DNA of 64,000 nucleotides from Eledone cirrhosa. Its lineage: Eukaryota. The position numbers and the translations under genes are program-made. The stretch's first letter is position 1; each line of letters opens with the position of its first letter. The notes below the pieces were generated by a model. That model was given only the letters and a program-made list of their open reading frames with translations, made no database searches and was not told the DNA's origin. Below are positions 40,501 to 54,830 of the stretch, piece by piece. Where the stretch lies: contig OZ024746.1 of the NCBI GenBank assembly GCA_964016885.1, positions 32,178,001-32,242,000 on the forward strand. The letters run 5' to 3'.

Positions 40501-43500
40501 TGACCAAACAACACAGTGGCCACAGTTTTAATGTCACTACCCAACAATGACCAGACTACACAGTGGCCACAGTTTTAATGTCACTACCCAACAATGACCA
40601 GACTACACAGTGGCCACAGTTTTAATGTCACTACCCAACAATGACCAAACAACACAGTGGCCACAGTTTTAATGTCACTACCCAACAATGACCAGACTAC
40701 ACAGTGGCCACAGTTTTAATGTCACTACCCAACAATGACCAAACTACACAGTGGCCACAGTTTTAATGTCACTACCCAACAATGACCAAACAACACAGTG
40801 GCCACAGTTTTAATGTCACTACCCAACAATGACCAAACAACACAGTGGCCACAGTTTTAATGTCACTACCCAACAATGACCAGACTACACAGTGGCCACA
40901 GTTTTAATGTCACTACCCAACAATGACCAAACAACACAGTGGCCACAGTTTTAATGTCACTACCCAACAATGACCAGACAACACAGTGGCCACAGTTTTA
41001 ATGTCACTACCCAACAATGACCAAACTACACAGTGGCCACAGTTTTAATGTCACTACCCAACAATGACCAAACAACACAGTGGCCACAGTTTTAATGTCA
41101 CTACCCAACAATGACCAGACAACACAGTGGCCACAGTTTTAATGTCACTACCCAACAATGACCAGACTACACAGTGGCCACAGTTTTAATGTCACTACCC
41201 AACAATGACCAAACAACACAGTGGCCACAGTTTTAATGTCACTACCCAACAATGACCAGACAACACAGTGGCCACAGTTTTAATGTCACTACCCAACAAT
41301 GACCAAACTACACAGTGGCCACAGTTTTAATGTCACTACCCAACAATGACCAAACAACACAGTGGCCACAGTTTTAATGTCACTACCCAACAATGACCAA
41401 ACAACACAGTGGCCACAGTTTTAATGTCACTACCCAACAATGACCAAACAACACAGTGGCCACAGTTTTAATGTCACTACCCAACAATGACCAAACAACA
41501 CAGTGGCCACAGTTTTAATGTCACTACCCAACAATGACCAGACAACACAGTGGCCACAGTTTTAATGTCACTACCCAACAATGACCAAACTACACAGTGG
41601 CCACAGTTTTAATGTCACTACCCAACAATGACCAGACAACACAGTGGCCACAGTTTTAATGTCACTACCCAACAATGACCAAACAACACAGTGGCCACAG
41701 TTTTAATGTCACTACCCAACAATGACCAAACAACACAGTGGCCACAGTTTTAATGTCACTACCCAACAATGACCAGACAACACAGTGGCCACAGTTTTAA
41801 TGTCACTACCCAACAATGACCAGACTACACAGTGGCCACAGTTTTAATGTCACTACCCAACAATGACCAAACAACACAGTGGCCACAGTTTTAATGTCAC
41901 TACCCAACAATGACCAGACAACACAGTGGCCACAGTTTTAATGTCACTACCCAACAATGACCAAACTACACAGTGGCCACAGTTTTAATGTCACTACCCA
42001 ACAATGACCAAACAACACAGTGGCCACAGTTTTAATGTCACTACCCAACAATGACCAAACAACACAGTGGCCACAGTTTTAATGTCACTACCCAACAATG
42101 ACCAAACAACACAGTGGCCACAGTTTTAATGTCACTACCCAACAATGACCAGACAACACAGTGGCCACAGTTTTAATGTCACTACCCAACAATGACCAAA
42201 CTACACAGTGGCCACAGTTTTAATGTCACTACCCAACAATGACCAGACAACACAGTGGCCACAGTTTTAATGTCACTACCCAACAATGACCAAACAACAC
42301 AGTGGCCACAGTTTTAATGTCACTACCCAACAATGACCAAACAACACAGTGGCCACAGTTTTAATGTCACTACCCAACAATGACCAGACAACACAGTGGC
42401 CACAGTTTTAATGTCACTACCCAACAATGACCAAACTACACAGTGGCCACAGTTTTAATGTCACTACCCAACAATGACCAAACAACACAGTGGCCACAGT
42501 TTTAATGTCACTACCCAACAATGACCAAACAACACAGTGGCCACAGTTTTAATGTCACTACCCAACAATGACCAGACAACACAGTGGCCACAGTTTTAAT
42601 GTCACTACCCAACAATGACCAAACAACACAGTGGCCACAGTTTTAATGTCACTACCCAACAATGACCAAACAACACAGTGGCCACAGTTTTAATGTCACT
42701 ACCCAACAATGACCAGACAACACAGTGGCCACAGTTTTAATGTTACTACCCAACAATGACCAGACAACACAGTGGCCACAGTTTTAATGTTACTACCCAA
42801 CAATGACCAGACAACACAGTGGCCATAGTTTTAATGTCACTACCCAACAATGACCAGACAACACAGTGGCCACAGTTTTAATGTTACTACCCAACAATGA
42901 CCAAACTACACAGTGGCCACAGTTTTAATGTCACTACCCAACAATGACCAAACAACACAGTGGCCACAGTTTTAATGTCACTACCCAACAATGACCAAAC
43001 AACACAGTGGCCACAGTTTTAATGTCACTACCCAACAATGACCAGACTACACAGTGGCCACAGTTTTAATGTCACTACCCAACAATGACCAAACTACACA
43101 GTGGCCACAGTTTTAATGTCACTACCCAACAATGACCAGACAACACAGTGGCCACAGTTTTAATGTCACTACCCAACAATGACCAAACTACACAGTGGCC
43201 ACAGTTTTAATGTCACTACCCAACAATGACCAAACAACACAGTGGCCACAGTTTTAATGTCACTACCCAACAATGACCAAACTACACAGTGGCCACAGTT
43301 TTAATGTCACTACCCAACAATGACCAAACTACACAGTGGCCACAGTTTTAATGTCACTACCCAACAATGACCAAACTACACAGTGGCCACAGTTTTAATG
43401 TCACTACCCAACAATGACCAAACAACACAGTGGCCACAGTTTTAATGTCACTACCCAACAATGACCAAACTACACAGTGGCCACAGTTTTAATGTCACTA

Positions 43501-46500
43501 CCCAACAATGACCAGACAACACAGTGGCCACAGTTTTAATGTCACTACCCAACAATGACCAAACTACACAGTGGCCACAGTTTTAATGTCACTACCCAAC
43601 AATGACCAAACAACACAGTGGCCACAGTTTTAATGTCACTACCCAACAATGACCAAACTACACAGTGGCCACAGTTTTAATGTCACTACCCAACAATGAC
43701 CAAACTACACAGTGGCCACAGTTTTAATGTCACTACCCAACAATGACCAAACTACACAGTGGCCACAGTTTTAATGTCACTACCCAACAATGACCAAACA
43801 ACACAGTGGCCACAGTTTTAATGTCACTACCCAACAATGACCAGACTACACAGTGGCCACAGTTTTAATGTCACTACCCAACAATGACCAAACAACACAG
43901 TGGCCACAGTTTTAATGTCACTACCCAACAATGACCAGACAACACAGTGGCCACAGTTTTAATGTCACTACCCAACAATGACCAAACTACACAGTGGCCA
44001 CAGTTTTAATGTCACTACCCAACAATGACCAAACAACACAGTGGCCACAGTTTTAATGTCACTACCCAACAATGACCAGACAACACAGTGGCCACAGTTT
44101 TAATGTTACTACCCAACAATGACCAGACAACACAGTGGCCACAGTTTTAATGTTACTACCCAACAATGACCAGACAACACAGTGGCCATAGTTTTAATGT
44201 CACTACCCAACAATAACCAGACAACACAGTGGCCACAGTTTTAATGTTACTACCCAACAATGACCAGACAACACAGTGGCCACAGTTTTAATGTTACTAC
44301 CCAACAATGACCAGACAACACAGTGGCCATAGTTTTAATGTCACTACCCAACAATGACCAGACAACACAGTGGCCACAGTTTTAATGTTACTACCCAACA
44401 ATGACCAGACAACACAGTGGCCACAGTTTTAATGTTACTACCCAACAATGACCAGACAACACAGTGGCCACAGTTTTAATGTTACTACCCAACAATGACC
44501 AGACAACACAGTGGCCATAGTTTTAATGTCACTACCCAACAATGACCAGACAACACAGTGGCCACAGTTTTAATGTTACTACCCAACAATGACCAGACAA
44601 CACAGTGGCCACAGTTTTAATGTTACTACCCAACAATGACCAGACAACACAGTGGCCATAGTTTTAATGTCACTACCCAACAATGACCAGACAACACAGT
44701 GGCCACAGTTTTAATGTTACTACCCAACAATGACCAGACAACACAGTGGCCACAGTTTTAATGTTACTACCCAACAATGACCAGACAACACAGTGGCCAC
44801 AGTTTTAATGTCACTACCCAACAATGACCAAACAACACAGTGGCCATAGTTTTAATGTTACTACCCAACAATGACCAGACAACACAGTGGCCACAGTTTT
44901 AATGTTACTACCCAACAATGACCAGACAACACAGTGGCCACAGTTTTAATGTCACTACCCAACAATGACCAAACAACACAGTGGCCATAGTTTTAATGTC
45001 ACTACCCAACAATGACCAGACAACACAGTGGCCACAGTTTTAATGTTACTACCCAACAATGACCAAACTACACAGTGGCCACAGTTTTAATGTCACTACC
45101 CAACAATGACCAAACAACACAGTGGCCACAGTTTTAATGTCACTACCCAACAATGACCAAACAACACAGTGGCCACAGTTTTAATGTCACTACCCAACAA
45201 TGACCAAACAACACAGTGGCCACAGTTTTAATGTCACTACCCAACAATGACCAAACAACACAGTGGCCACAGTTTTAATATCACTACCCAACAATGACCA
45301 AACAACACAGTGGCCACAGTTTTAATGTCACTACCCAACAATGACCAAACAACACAGTGGCCACAGTTTTAATGTCACTACCCAACAATGACCAAACTAC
45401 ACAGTGGCCACAGTTTTAATGTCACTACCCAACAATGACCAAACAACACAGTGGCCACAGTTTTAATGTCACTACCCAACAATGACCAAACAACACAGTG
45501 GCCACAGTTTTAATGTCACTACCCAACAATGACCAAACAACACAGTGGCCACAGTTTTAATGTCACTACCCAACAATGACCAAACAACACAGTGGCCACA
45601 GTTTTAATGTCACTACCCAACAATGACCAGACAACACAGTGGCCACTGTTTTAATGTTACTACCCAACAATGACCAGACAACACAGTGGCCACAGTTTTA
45701 ATGTTACTACCCAACAATGACCAGACAACACAGTGGCCACAGTTTTAATGTTACTACCCAACAATGACCAGACAACACAGTGGCCATAGTTTTAATGTCA
45801 CTACCCAACAATGACCAGACAACACAGTGGCCACAGTTTTAATGTTACTACCCAACAATGACCAGACAACACAGTGGCCACAGTTCTAATGTTACTACCC
45901 AACAATGACCAGACAACACAGTGGCCATAGTTTTAATGTCACTACCCAACAATGACCAGACAACACAGTGGCCACAGTTTTAATGTTACTACCCAACAAT
46001 GACCAGACAACACAGTGGCCACAGTTTTAATGTTACTACCCAACAATGACCAGACAACACAGTGGCCACAGTTTTAATGTCACTACCCAACAATGACCAA
46101 ACAACACAGTGGCCATAGTTTTAATGTTACTACCCAACAATGACCAGACAACACAGTGGCCACAGTTTTAATGTTACTACCCAACAATGACCAGACAACA
46201 CAGTGGCCACAGTTTTAATGTCACTACCCAACAATGACCAAACAACACAGTGGCCATAGTTTTAATGTCACTACCCAACAATGACCAGACAACACAGTGG
46301 CCACAGTTTTAATGTTACTACCCAACAATGACCAAACTACACAGTGGCCACAGTTTTAATGTCACTACCCAACAATGACCAAACAACACAGTGGCCACAG
46401 TTTTAATGTCACTACCCAACAATGACCAAACAACACAGTGGCCACAGTTTTAATGTCACTACCCAACAATGACCAGACTACACAGTGGCCACAGTTTTAA

Positions 46501-47505
46501 TGTCACTACCCAACAATGACCAAACTACACAGTGGCCACAGTTTTAATGTCACTACCCAACAATGACCAGACAACACAGTGGCCACAGTTTTAATGTTAC
46601 TACCCAACAATGACCAAACTACACAGTGGCCACAGTTTTAATGTCACTACCCAACAATGACCAAACTACACAGTGGCCACAGTTTTAATGTCACTACCCA
46701 ACAATGACCAAACTACACAGTGGCCACAGTTTTAATGTCACTACCCAACAATGACCAGACTACACAGTGGCCACAGTTTTAATGTCACTACCCAACAATG
46801 ACCAAACTACACAGTGGCCACAGTTTTAATGTCACTACCCAACAATGACCAGACTACACAGTGGCCACAATTTTAATGTCACTACCCAACAATGACCAAA
46901 CAACACAGTGGCCACAGTTTTAATGTCACTACCCAACAATGACCAAACAACACAGTGGCCACAGTTTTAATGTCACTACCCAACAATGACCAAACAACAC
47001 AGTGGCCACAGTTTTAATGTCACTACCCAACAATGACCAGACAACACAGTGGCCACAGTTTTAATGTCACTACCCAACAATGACCAAACTACACAGTGGC
47101 CACAGTTTTAATGTCACTACCCAACAATGACCAGACTACACAGTGGTCACAGTTTTAATGTCACTACCCAACAATGACCAGACTACACAGTGGCCACAGT
47201 TTTAATGTCACTACTCAACAATGACCAAACAACACAGTGGCCACAGTTTTAATGTCACTACCCAACAATGACCAGACAACACAGTGGCCACAGTTTTAAT
47301 GTCACTACCCAATAATGACCAGACTACACAGTGGCCACAGTTTTAATGTCACTACTCAACAATGACCAGACTACACAGTGGCCACAGTTTTAATGTCACT
47401 ACCCAACAATGACCAGACAACACAGTAGCCACAGTTTTAGTGTTACTACTCAACAATGACCAGATGACAACACAGTGGCCACAGTTTTAGTGTCACTACC
47501 CAACA
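37553..47505. repeat. 47-bp satellite (cagtggccacagttttaatgtcactacccaacaatgaccaaactaca)n, ~10 kb, roughly 210 units
   Basis: Period measured 38641 to 38688; copy number is length divided by period. Confidence 0.98.
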
Positions 47506-47665
47506 CACACCACTGCTTTGAAAGGATTTGTTTAATCATCAGCAATGCTGATTTTTTAAAGCCTGGTACTTATTTTATCAATCGTTTTCTGTCAAAATGC
47601 TAAATAACATATTAGAAAAATCTGAGAAATAACAGAAATGAGAGTGAAAATGATTGAATACTTAC

Positions 47666-47731
47666 ATTTTCATCTACAGAATATGTTAGTTCACCATCAT
47701 CATAGAGGACAAAAAACCTTCTCTGCCATCT
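47666..47731 (-). CDS. MPRIP: Host gene exon: start of PH domain, MPRIP/TRIOBP/outspread family ([22 protein letters not shown])
   Basis: Acceptor tttttccttcag, donor gtaagt; 66 nt, phase 0-0; peptide resembles the recalled MPRIP PH motif KWQRRFFILYEHGLLRYALDE. Confidence 0.85.
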
Positions 47732-47859
47732 CTGAAGGAAAAACAAAAGTTATATTCATTAACATCATAACAACAATAACAGCAGCAATGGAATAGGAGA
47801 TATATGGTGACATAACAACAACAACAACAGTAATGGAATAGGACAGATATATGTTGGAT

Positions 47860-48051
47860 ATAATAATTGTTTCTACTTTTGGTACAAGGCCAGCAATTAC
47901 CCAGTACATTACTGGTACTTTATTTTATCGACCCCATAAGGATGAAAGGCAAAGTTATCCTCGACGGAATTTGAACTCAGACCGTAAAGGGACGTAACTA
48001 TGCTAGAAAGCATGGCGTCCGACCCCAATTGATACTGCCAATTCACCGCCC
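47860..48051 (-). mobile_element. Second SINE family copy
   Basis: Reverse complement of the 36160 unit. Confidence 0.8.
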
Positions 48052-48481
48052 TTTGTTGGACATAATAATAATAATGATGATGGATTAAGATTCCACCAAT
48101 GACAAATCTTTCCCTCAATGCTGCCTAGGTCTTGGATGTCCAGTGAGTCCTACATGTGACCAACACCATCTGTTGTATTCAGAACAGGTGTGTTGTTGGT
48201 GTTATGTGGGTGATGGCAATGTTAATGGCAGTGGCCTGCATGTGACAATGTGTTACACCTCCTGGTAGGTAACCAGCCTAGCCTGTGTAAACTCTCCCAA
48301 ATCATGTGGTGCTTTGTGGCAGAACTTCTATCGTACCTGAAATCGATTAAAAAAAAAAAAGTAGCAGACAAAATTCCTGGCCTTGGGCCTGAATTAGAAA
48401 TCGATATTTTATTTGTGTGTGTGTGCATGCATGCATGCAGATATATTATTGTTTAATGTCTGTTTACCCACCAAACAAGGA

Positions 48482-49378
48482 CAAGTCAATTCCACCCACA
48501 AGACATCACTGTACCTGAGACTACAGTAGAAGACAGCTCAAGTCAATTCCACCCACAAGAGTGTGCCAGAGACTACAGTAGAAGACAGCTCAAGTCAATT
48601 CCACCCACAAGAGTGTGCCAGAGACTACAGTAGAAGACAGCTCAAGTCAATTCCACCCACAAGAGTGTGCCAGAGACTACAGTAGAAGACAGCTCAAGTC
48701 AATTCCACCCACAAGAGTGTGCCAGAGACTACAGTAGAAGACAGCTCAAGTCAATTCCACCCACAAGAGTGTGCCAGAGACTACAGTAGAAGACAGCTCA
48801 AGTCAATTCCACCCACAAGAGTGTGCCAGAGACTACAGTAGAAGACAGCTCAAGTCAATTCCACCCACAAGAGTGTGCCAGAGACTACAGTAGAAGACAC
48901 CTCAAGTCAATTCCACCCACAAGACAGTGTGCCAGAGACTACAGTAGAAGACACCTCAAGTCAATTCCACCCACAAGACAGTGTGCCAGAGACTACAGTA
49001 GAAGACACCTCAAGTCAATTCCACCCACAAGACAGTGTGCCAGAGACTACAGTAGAAGACACCTCAAGTCAATTCCACCCACAAGACATCACTGTACCTG
49101 AGACTACAGTAGAAGACACCTCAAGTCAATTCCACCCACAAGACATCACTGTACCTGAGACTACAGTAGAAGACACCTCAAGTCAATTCCACCCACAAGA
49201 CATCACTGTACCTGAGACTACAGTAGAAGACACCTCAAGTCAATTCCACCCACAAGACATCACTGTACCTGAGACTACAGTAGAAGACACCTCAAGTCAA
49301 TTCCACCCACAAGACATCACTGTACCTGAGACTACAGTAGAAGACACCTCAAGTCAATTCCACCCCCAAGACAGTGTC
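48482..49378. repeat. 52/54/57-bp minisatellite (caagtcaattccacccacaaga...gagactacagtagaagaca)
   Basis: Three length variants in blocks. Confidence 0.96.
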
Positions 49379-50264
49379 ACAGTGGAATAGTCTGAAATTC
49401 TGTTACATAATGAAGTTCTCAACCACACAACCTTATCTACACAATCTAGTCTTGTCAATGTTCTGATAAATACTAACTTGAAAATAAATGCAATATATTC
49501 AATATTTCAAACTCCATTGGTCTGCTTGGCACCAATTCATGACATTCAGGACAGGACCAACAATATTCCATTGAAATTACACTCATTGCACCTATTAGAA
49601 TTCAATTCATTACATAATAGCTGACTTGTTCCATATCTCTCACCTACACTCCCTTTTCCTCTCTACCCAATACACTCCCCTTGGCTATCTCTCTCTCACC
49701 CACACACTCCCTCATCTCTCCAACACACATACCACCCTCTTTCTTTCTGAAACACTCTCCCTGACACATGCCCTCCACCCCATCCCTCTCCCTTCCCAAC
49801 ACCCGCGCCAATCTTTCATTCTATTCAGTCTTTCATTCAATTCCATTAAGAACTAACAACATGAGGGGTAGGAGGAGGAAAGCAGAAAGAAAATAAAGAA
49901 AAAAGAAGAAAACAGAAAAAGGAAAAAGCAAAGAAGAGGTGATGAAAAGAAAGCTATTATTTATGGAACTGTCTTCAGTAGAGAGAGGGGGGTGGGGTAG
50001 AGAGGGGGGGGGGGGGGGTAGAGAGGTAGAGAGATCCACCATTTTCTATAGATTCTAGATCAACAAAACAATAAACTGTTGACATGGAAGATGATGACTA
50101 AAGTAGTCAATGCAAACATTTCTATTACTAGAATACTAACAACATTCTGGATTTATTTGAGGTGGGACGAGTTAGACATTTTAACCCCAACCACTTGAAT
50201 CCACTCCTGGTTCTAGGATACAAGGTTCATTTTAAAGTCCTCCCCCTCTTCCTCCTTTTTCTTC

Positions 50265-50500
50265 TTCTTCGCCCACTTATTTCTGAGAGGTAGTGGGGGC
50301 TGAGTCATCAAACACTCCTTCCAGTGTCAGAAGCAACACTCCTTCCTATCAGAAGCAACAGTCTCGAACTGATCCAGCTGGATCTCCAAGCAAGACCAGC
50401 CAAGCACATGGATGTTATCCAACCATCTTGCTCAGAGTCTACCCCTGGATCGCCTGCCAGTTGGTTTTGCCCGTAAAATCTGTCCAGCGATTCTTTCTGG
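50265..50500 (-). mobile_element. Short 3' fragment of the older RTE-like family
   Basis: Reverse complement of gacagattttacaggcaaaaccaactggca...aagtgggcgaagaagaa. Confidence 0.65.
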
Positions 50501-52123
50501 TATCTAAAAACCTTTCATCATAATTTTGATAAGTTATCATATATATTCGAATATAAGCCAACTTCCTATTTTGTGTCTGAGAAATGGGCAAAACTCCAAA
50601 CTCCATGTATAAGTTAAAGAAAGGTAATCAAAACATTATGTTTAGATGGTATGATTTTGAAATTCTCATGGGTGGAGAATATATTTTTGAAGTTTTAATA
50701 TTTTGATATTTAAAATCTTTTAAGTTTCGTTCAGAGTATAGTTTTTGTTTCACCACTCCATTATGTAATGCTTTTTTTTACCAATTTCCAACAGTTTTGA
50801 AGGCCATATTTATTCAAAACATCAAAATCAACAAGAAATACAAATTCCATGTCGAAAGTGAAACTGGTAAAATATTCACTGCCAAAGCAAATATATTTAA
50901 TACCTCATTTATGAAGAACTTTGAAGTTGGTGAAAATTGGCAAAGTGTTGACCTCAACTATTAGCCAACCCACCATTATACCGTTGATTTTTGTCTCGTA
51001 TTTCTCAGCTTATATATAAATATATATGGTATGGTCCAATCACCAGCTAAATAATGAGAAAATTAATTACGTTACTAAATCCCTTTAAATTCCTGAATAT
51101 TTTCAAAAGGATTTGAAAATAACAGGCTGTGTATCTCATTAGAAATCATCATTAAGAACATGTAACATCAATTTTCCCTCCTTGCATGGGTTCGACGGGT
51201 TGTCAAGTACTCAGACTAGACAGGTCAAGTGACCATGTCTTACTTGCATGCTCCATTTTTAGTTTGGTTTCTAGAGCTTGATGCCCTACCTAATGCCAAG
51301 CACTTTATAGTGCGTACTAGGAGCTTTTTATTGACACCAGCACTACCTCTTTACAGCATGGCACCAACATTAGGGAGGCATAGGGTTAAAGTGTTTATGC
51401 TTAACTCATTTTATGTAAGAAACTTTGTTATCTAAACAACTTAATGAGAAAGTTATATTAACTAAATCTCTCCAAATTCTTAATTATTTCAAAATCATCA
51501 ATCCTATCATGAATAGCAATGATAAATGTGGCATGTTGTTCAAGAACACATCACACTGCTCACTCTATGAACTGAACCTCTGAGCTTATGATTTTAAGTC
51601 CAACACCCTAACCACTAGGCCACAAGCATTCATTTTGTCCTAGTTATGAGAAAAATAGCCACTAGACAAAACTATTTGCCATTAACATTCCATTTTAACC
51701 ATCACCACCACCAACCTCTCTACCATATTATCACCCGACCCCTCCCCTCACTCCAGTTGCACTCAGTTACACAATGTTAAGAAACAAAGAATGCCAAGAC
51801 AAAGTTTTTCTCTTCATTGATAATTCTACCTTAAGTGACAGCTAACAAGAGAACGGTCACAATGGCTTAAAAGAGAGCACACTCAGCTAAAAGGACAAAT
51901 TCTTCACTCTTTCATTACCATATTTCTAATGTAAGACACTACCTATGACATTAACCCTTTCATTACCATATTTCTAATGAAAGACACTATGTCATTAACC
52001 CTTTCATCACAATATTTCTATTAAAAGACACTGCCTATATCATTAACCCTTTCATTACAATATTTCTAATGAAACACACTGCCTATGGTTTAAAAATAAC
52101 TCTGAAAATAATCAACAATTTAA

Positions 52124-52315
52124 CCCTTTAGCATTTAAACCAGCCATATCCGGCTGGAATTCTATCACCTCTTTCTGCTCAAACCAGCTGTAACTAGCTG
52201 CTCATACTGATGTTAAGGTATTGTTCTCAAATTAATATTAAAACCTTATAGATTCGATATTATGTGAGATAAAGTGTTTACCATGAAAATACAGAGTAAT
52301 GTAAATGCTAAAGGG
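52124..52315. mobile_element. piggyBac-type MITE
   Basis: TTAA target duplication; TIR ccctttagcattta / taaatgctaaaggg. Confidence 0.8.
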
Positions 52316-54329
52316 TTAAAGAGATTTAGTATTTAGATTTATTATTAAGCTGCTGTCTGGAACATACTTGAAAGGTTCTTATATAAAAATTATGATGAAA
52401 GGTGTTTGAATAAATACAATCACTTTAACCCTTTCATTAACATATTTCTAATGGAAGATGTTGACTATGGTTTTCAAATAATTTTGAAAATAGTCAAGAA
52501 TTTGGAAAGATTTAGTAAAATCACTTTCACATCATTATCAAGCTGATGTTTGGAACATAACTTACTTTAAGTTCTTACATAAAATTATGATGGATGGGTT
52601 AAATTTAATTTATATTTAAAATAAATAGTATCACAAAACGAAGCAAGGTTTCAGGCAACTTTATATCAGCTGGGTTTAACTGATCATTAGGTTATTTTTT
52701 TCTACTTTATATATTGTGGTATGTAACCACCAGGCCAACCATTACTAGCAGGGGGGGGGGGGGGGGGGGGCTTTAGATGATGATGATGATGTTGATAGTG
52801 GTGATGATTGTGAAAGAAGAGCAAAGAAAACCGTTTCTTTTTGTTTTTTTGTTTTTTTATTAAGCAAAGAGGCAGATTAGCTTTGAACTGACTTCTATAG
52901 AAATAATGAGCTTTTGAAATATTCTCACATTATGGAAAAAACACACAGAACATCACAGTTCTGAAGTATTAAAACTTAGCTTTTCCGTGTCAGTTCAGTT
53001 GTCTAGACTGGATGACTACACACAATCACGTTCCACACACACATACATACATACACATATTCATACATATACACAAACCTACATAAACATACAAATACAT
53101 CCATACACATGCAAACCATGCATAAACATACACACATACATATGCACAAACCCTACAACTATGGAGTAGTTCAGGATTCAATGGAAGAAAGGTAGAACAG
53201 ATACAAATCTTCACCCCCTTCTGCTAGGGCAACCCTTTTAATACTAACCTGCCCAACAACCATCAATTTTAAAGAGTTCTTCTAAAAATTGAAACTTTCT
53301 AACATAACTTGATATAAGAACTTTTTGTTTAAGTTACAAATACTATCTTAAAATAATTTTGTTCATTAATTATAATAATGTGCATTCCATTGAGAATATG
53401 GTCCCAAAAGAGTTAATGGTATCAGTTGTTATATCAGTAGCGACATAATCTGTTATGTCAGTAGCGACATCATCGGTTCTGTTATGTTGCTACTGGTGAT
53501 TGCATTGCTGTTGTTGTATATCTAGTTGAGCCACATATAGCCTGAGCCAGATGTAATGTATATGTTCCCGAGCTACATGTGACATTGTACATCTACCAGA
53601 GCTACATGTAACACTATCTACTTCAACCACGTGATGTTCATGAAACATTGTTATTACATATCTACCTGAGCTATATGTAACATTTATGTACCTGAGCTAC
53701 ATGTGGCAATGTTGTTTATCTACCTGAGCCACATGTAACCTGAAAGCTGGCAATTTGAACACAACAACAACAAAGTTTTGTAAGTTAGACATTGTATAGT
53801 GTTGAGTGGTTTAGTCAGGTCTGGGTTTATATAGCTGCCATGTTAGAGGTAGAGTAAGCTAAACATTGAGTAGTTTAGTCTGGTCTAAATTTAAACTACT
53901 GCCATGTTGAGGTGGAGTAAGCTAAACATTGAGTAATTTGGTCTGGTCTAGGTTTAAACTGCTGCCATGTTGGAGGTGGTCAGGGCACAGTGTGAAGTAC
54001 AATGTCAGACAGATCAAGTTATGTCTATTTTGTTATAGTATGTTTATATAAATGTACACATGGTGTTAATATGTTCGTTATGGTTCTTTCCTGCTGAAGT
54101 CAGTTCTTAACCTGCTGAAGTCAGCTTTGCCTTAAACCTTTGGCAGTCAACGTATACTGTTTTTATAACATTAAAACTTTAAAAGAATATTTCCAGTCCG
54201 GCCTTCTCTTGTTTTTAAATGAATATTTAACTCCATTCCTGCACCAGCCACGGGACACCACATCTACGATGGATGATTTGCTAACCAGATTGACCAGATC
54301 TACCTACTGGTAAACCACACAACATAAAT

Positions 54330-54366
<37 letters not shown>

Positions 54367-54436
54367 GGCTGTAGAGAAAGGGTGGGCTTTGACAGCTTTA
54401 AAATGTCCAAGATACATTGTATGTCACTTCAGTGAC

Positions 54437-54830
54437 CCTAAGACTCCATCAGGAGTTATGGGCCCATACACATACTGTTAGGTGAAGAAGTGGCAGGAGT
54501 TACCAGTGGAAAGAAGGTGCAGTAGAGGAAGACCTAAGACTCCATCAGGAGTTATGGGCCCATACACATACTGTTAGGTGAAGAAGTGGCAGGAGTTACC
54601 AGTGGAAAGAAGGTGCAGTAGAGGAAGACCTAAGACTCCATCAGGAGTTATGGGCCCATACACATACTGTCAGGTGAAGAAGTGGCAGGAGTTACCAGTG
54701 GAAAGAAGGTGCAGTAGAGGAAGACCAAAGAAGACTTGGGTAGCAGTGATGAGAGCTGATCTCAGAATGCTGAACCTCACAGAGGAGATGAAGGAATGCA
54801 ATGAGTGGGAAGAGCCTGTACTGGAAAAGA
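54437..54830 (+). repeat. 96-bp tandem triplication at the 5' edge of an old RTE 3' fragment
   Basis: Units start at 54437, 54533 and 54629; peptide VKKWQELPVERRCSRGRPKKTW. Confidence 0.85.

Noticed and set aside
37553-47505. CRISPR-like regular array
   Set aside because: Units are contiguous with no unique spacers, there are no cas genes, and the context is eukaryotic
48875-49390. PETTVEDTSSQFHPQD repeat protein
   Set aside because: Only the 54- and 57-bp blocks keep frame; adjacent 52-bp units break it; antisense to the host gene
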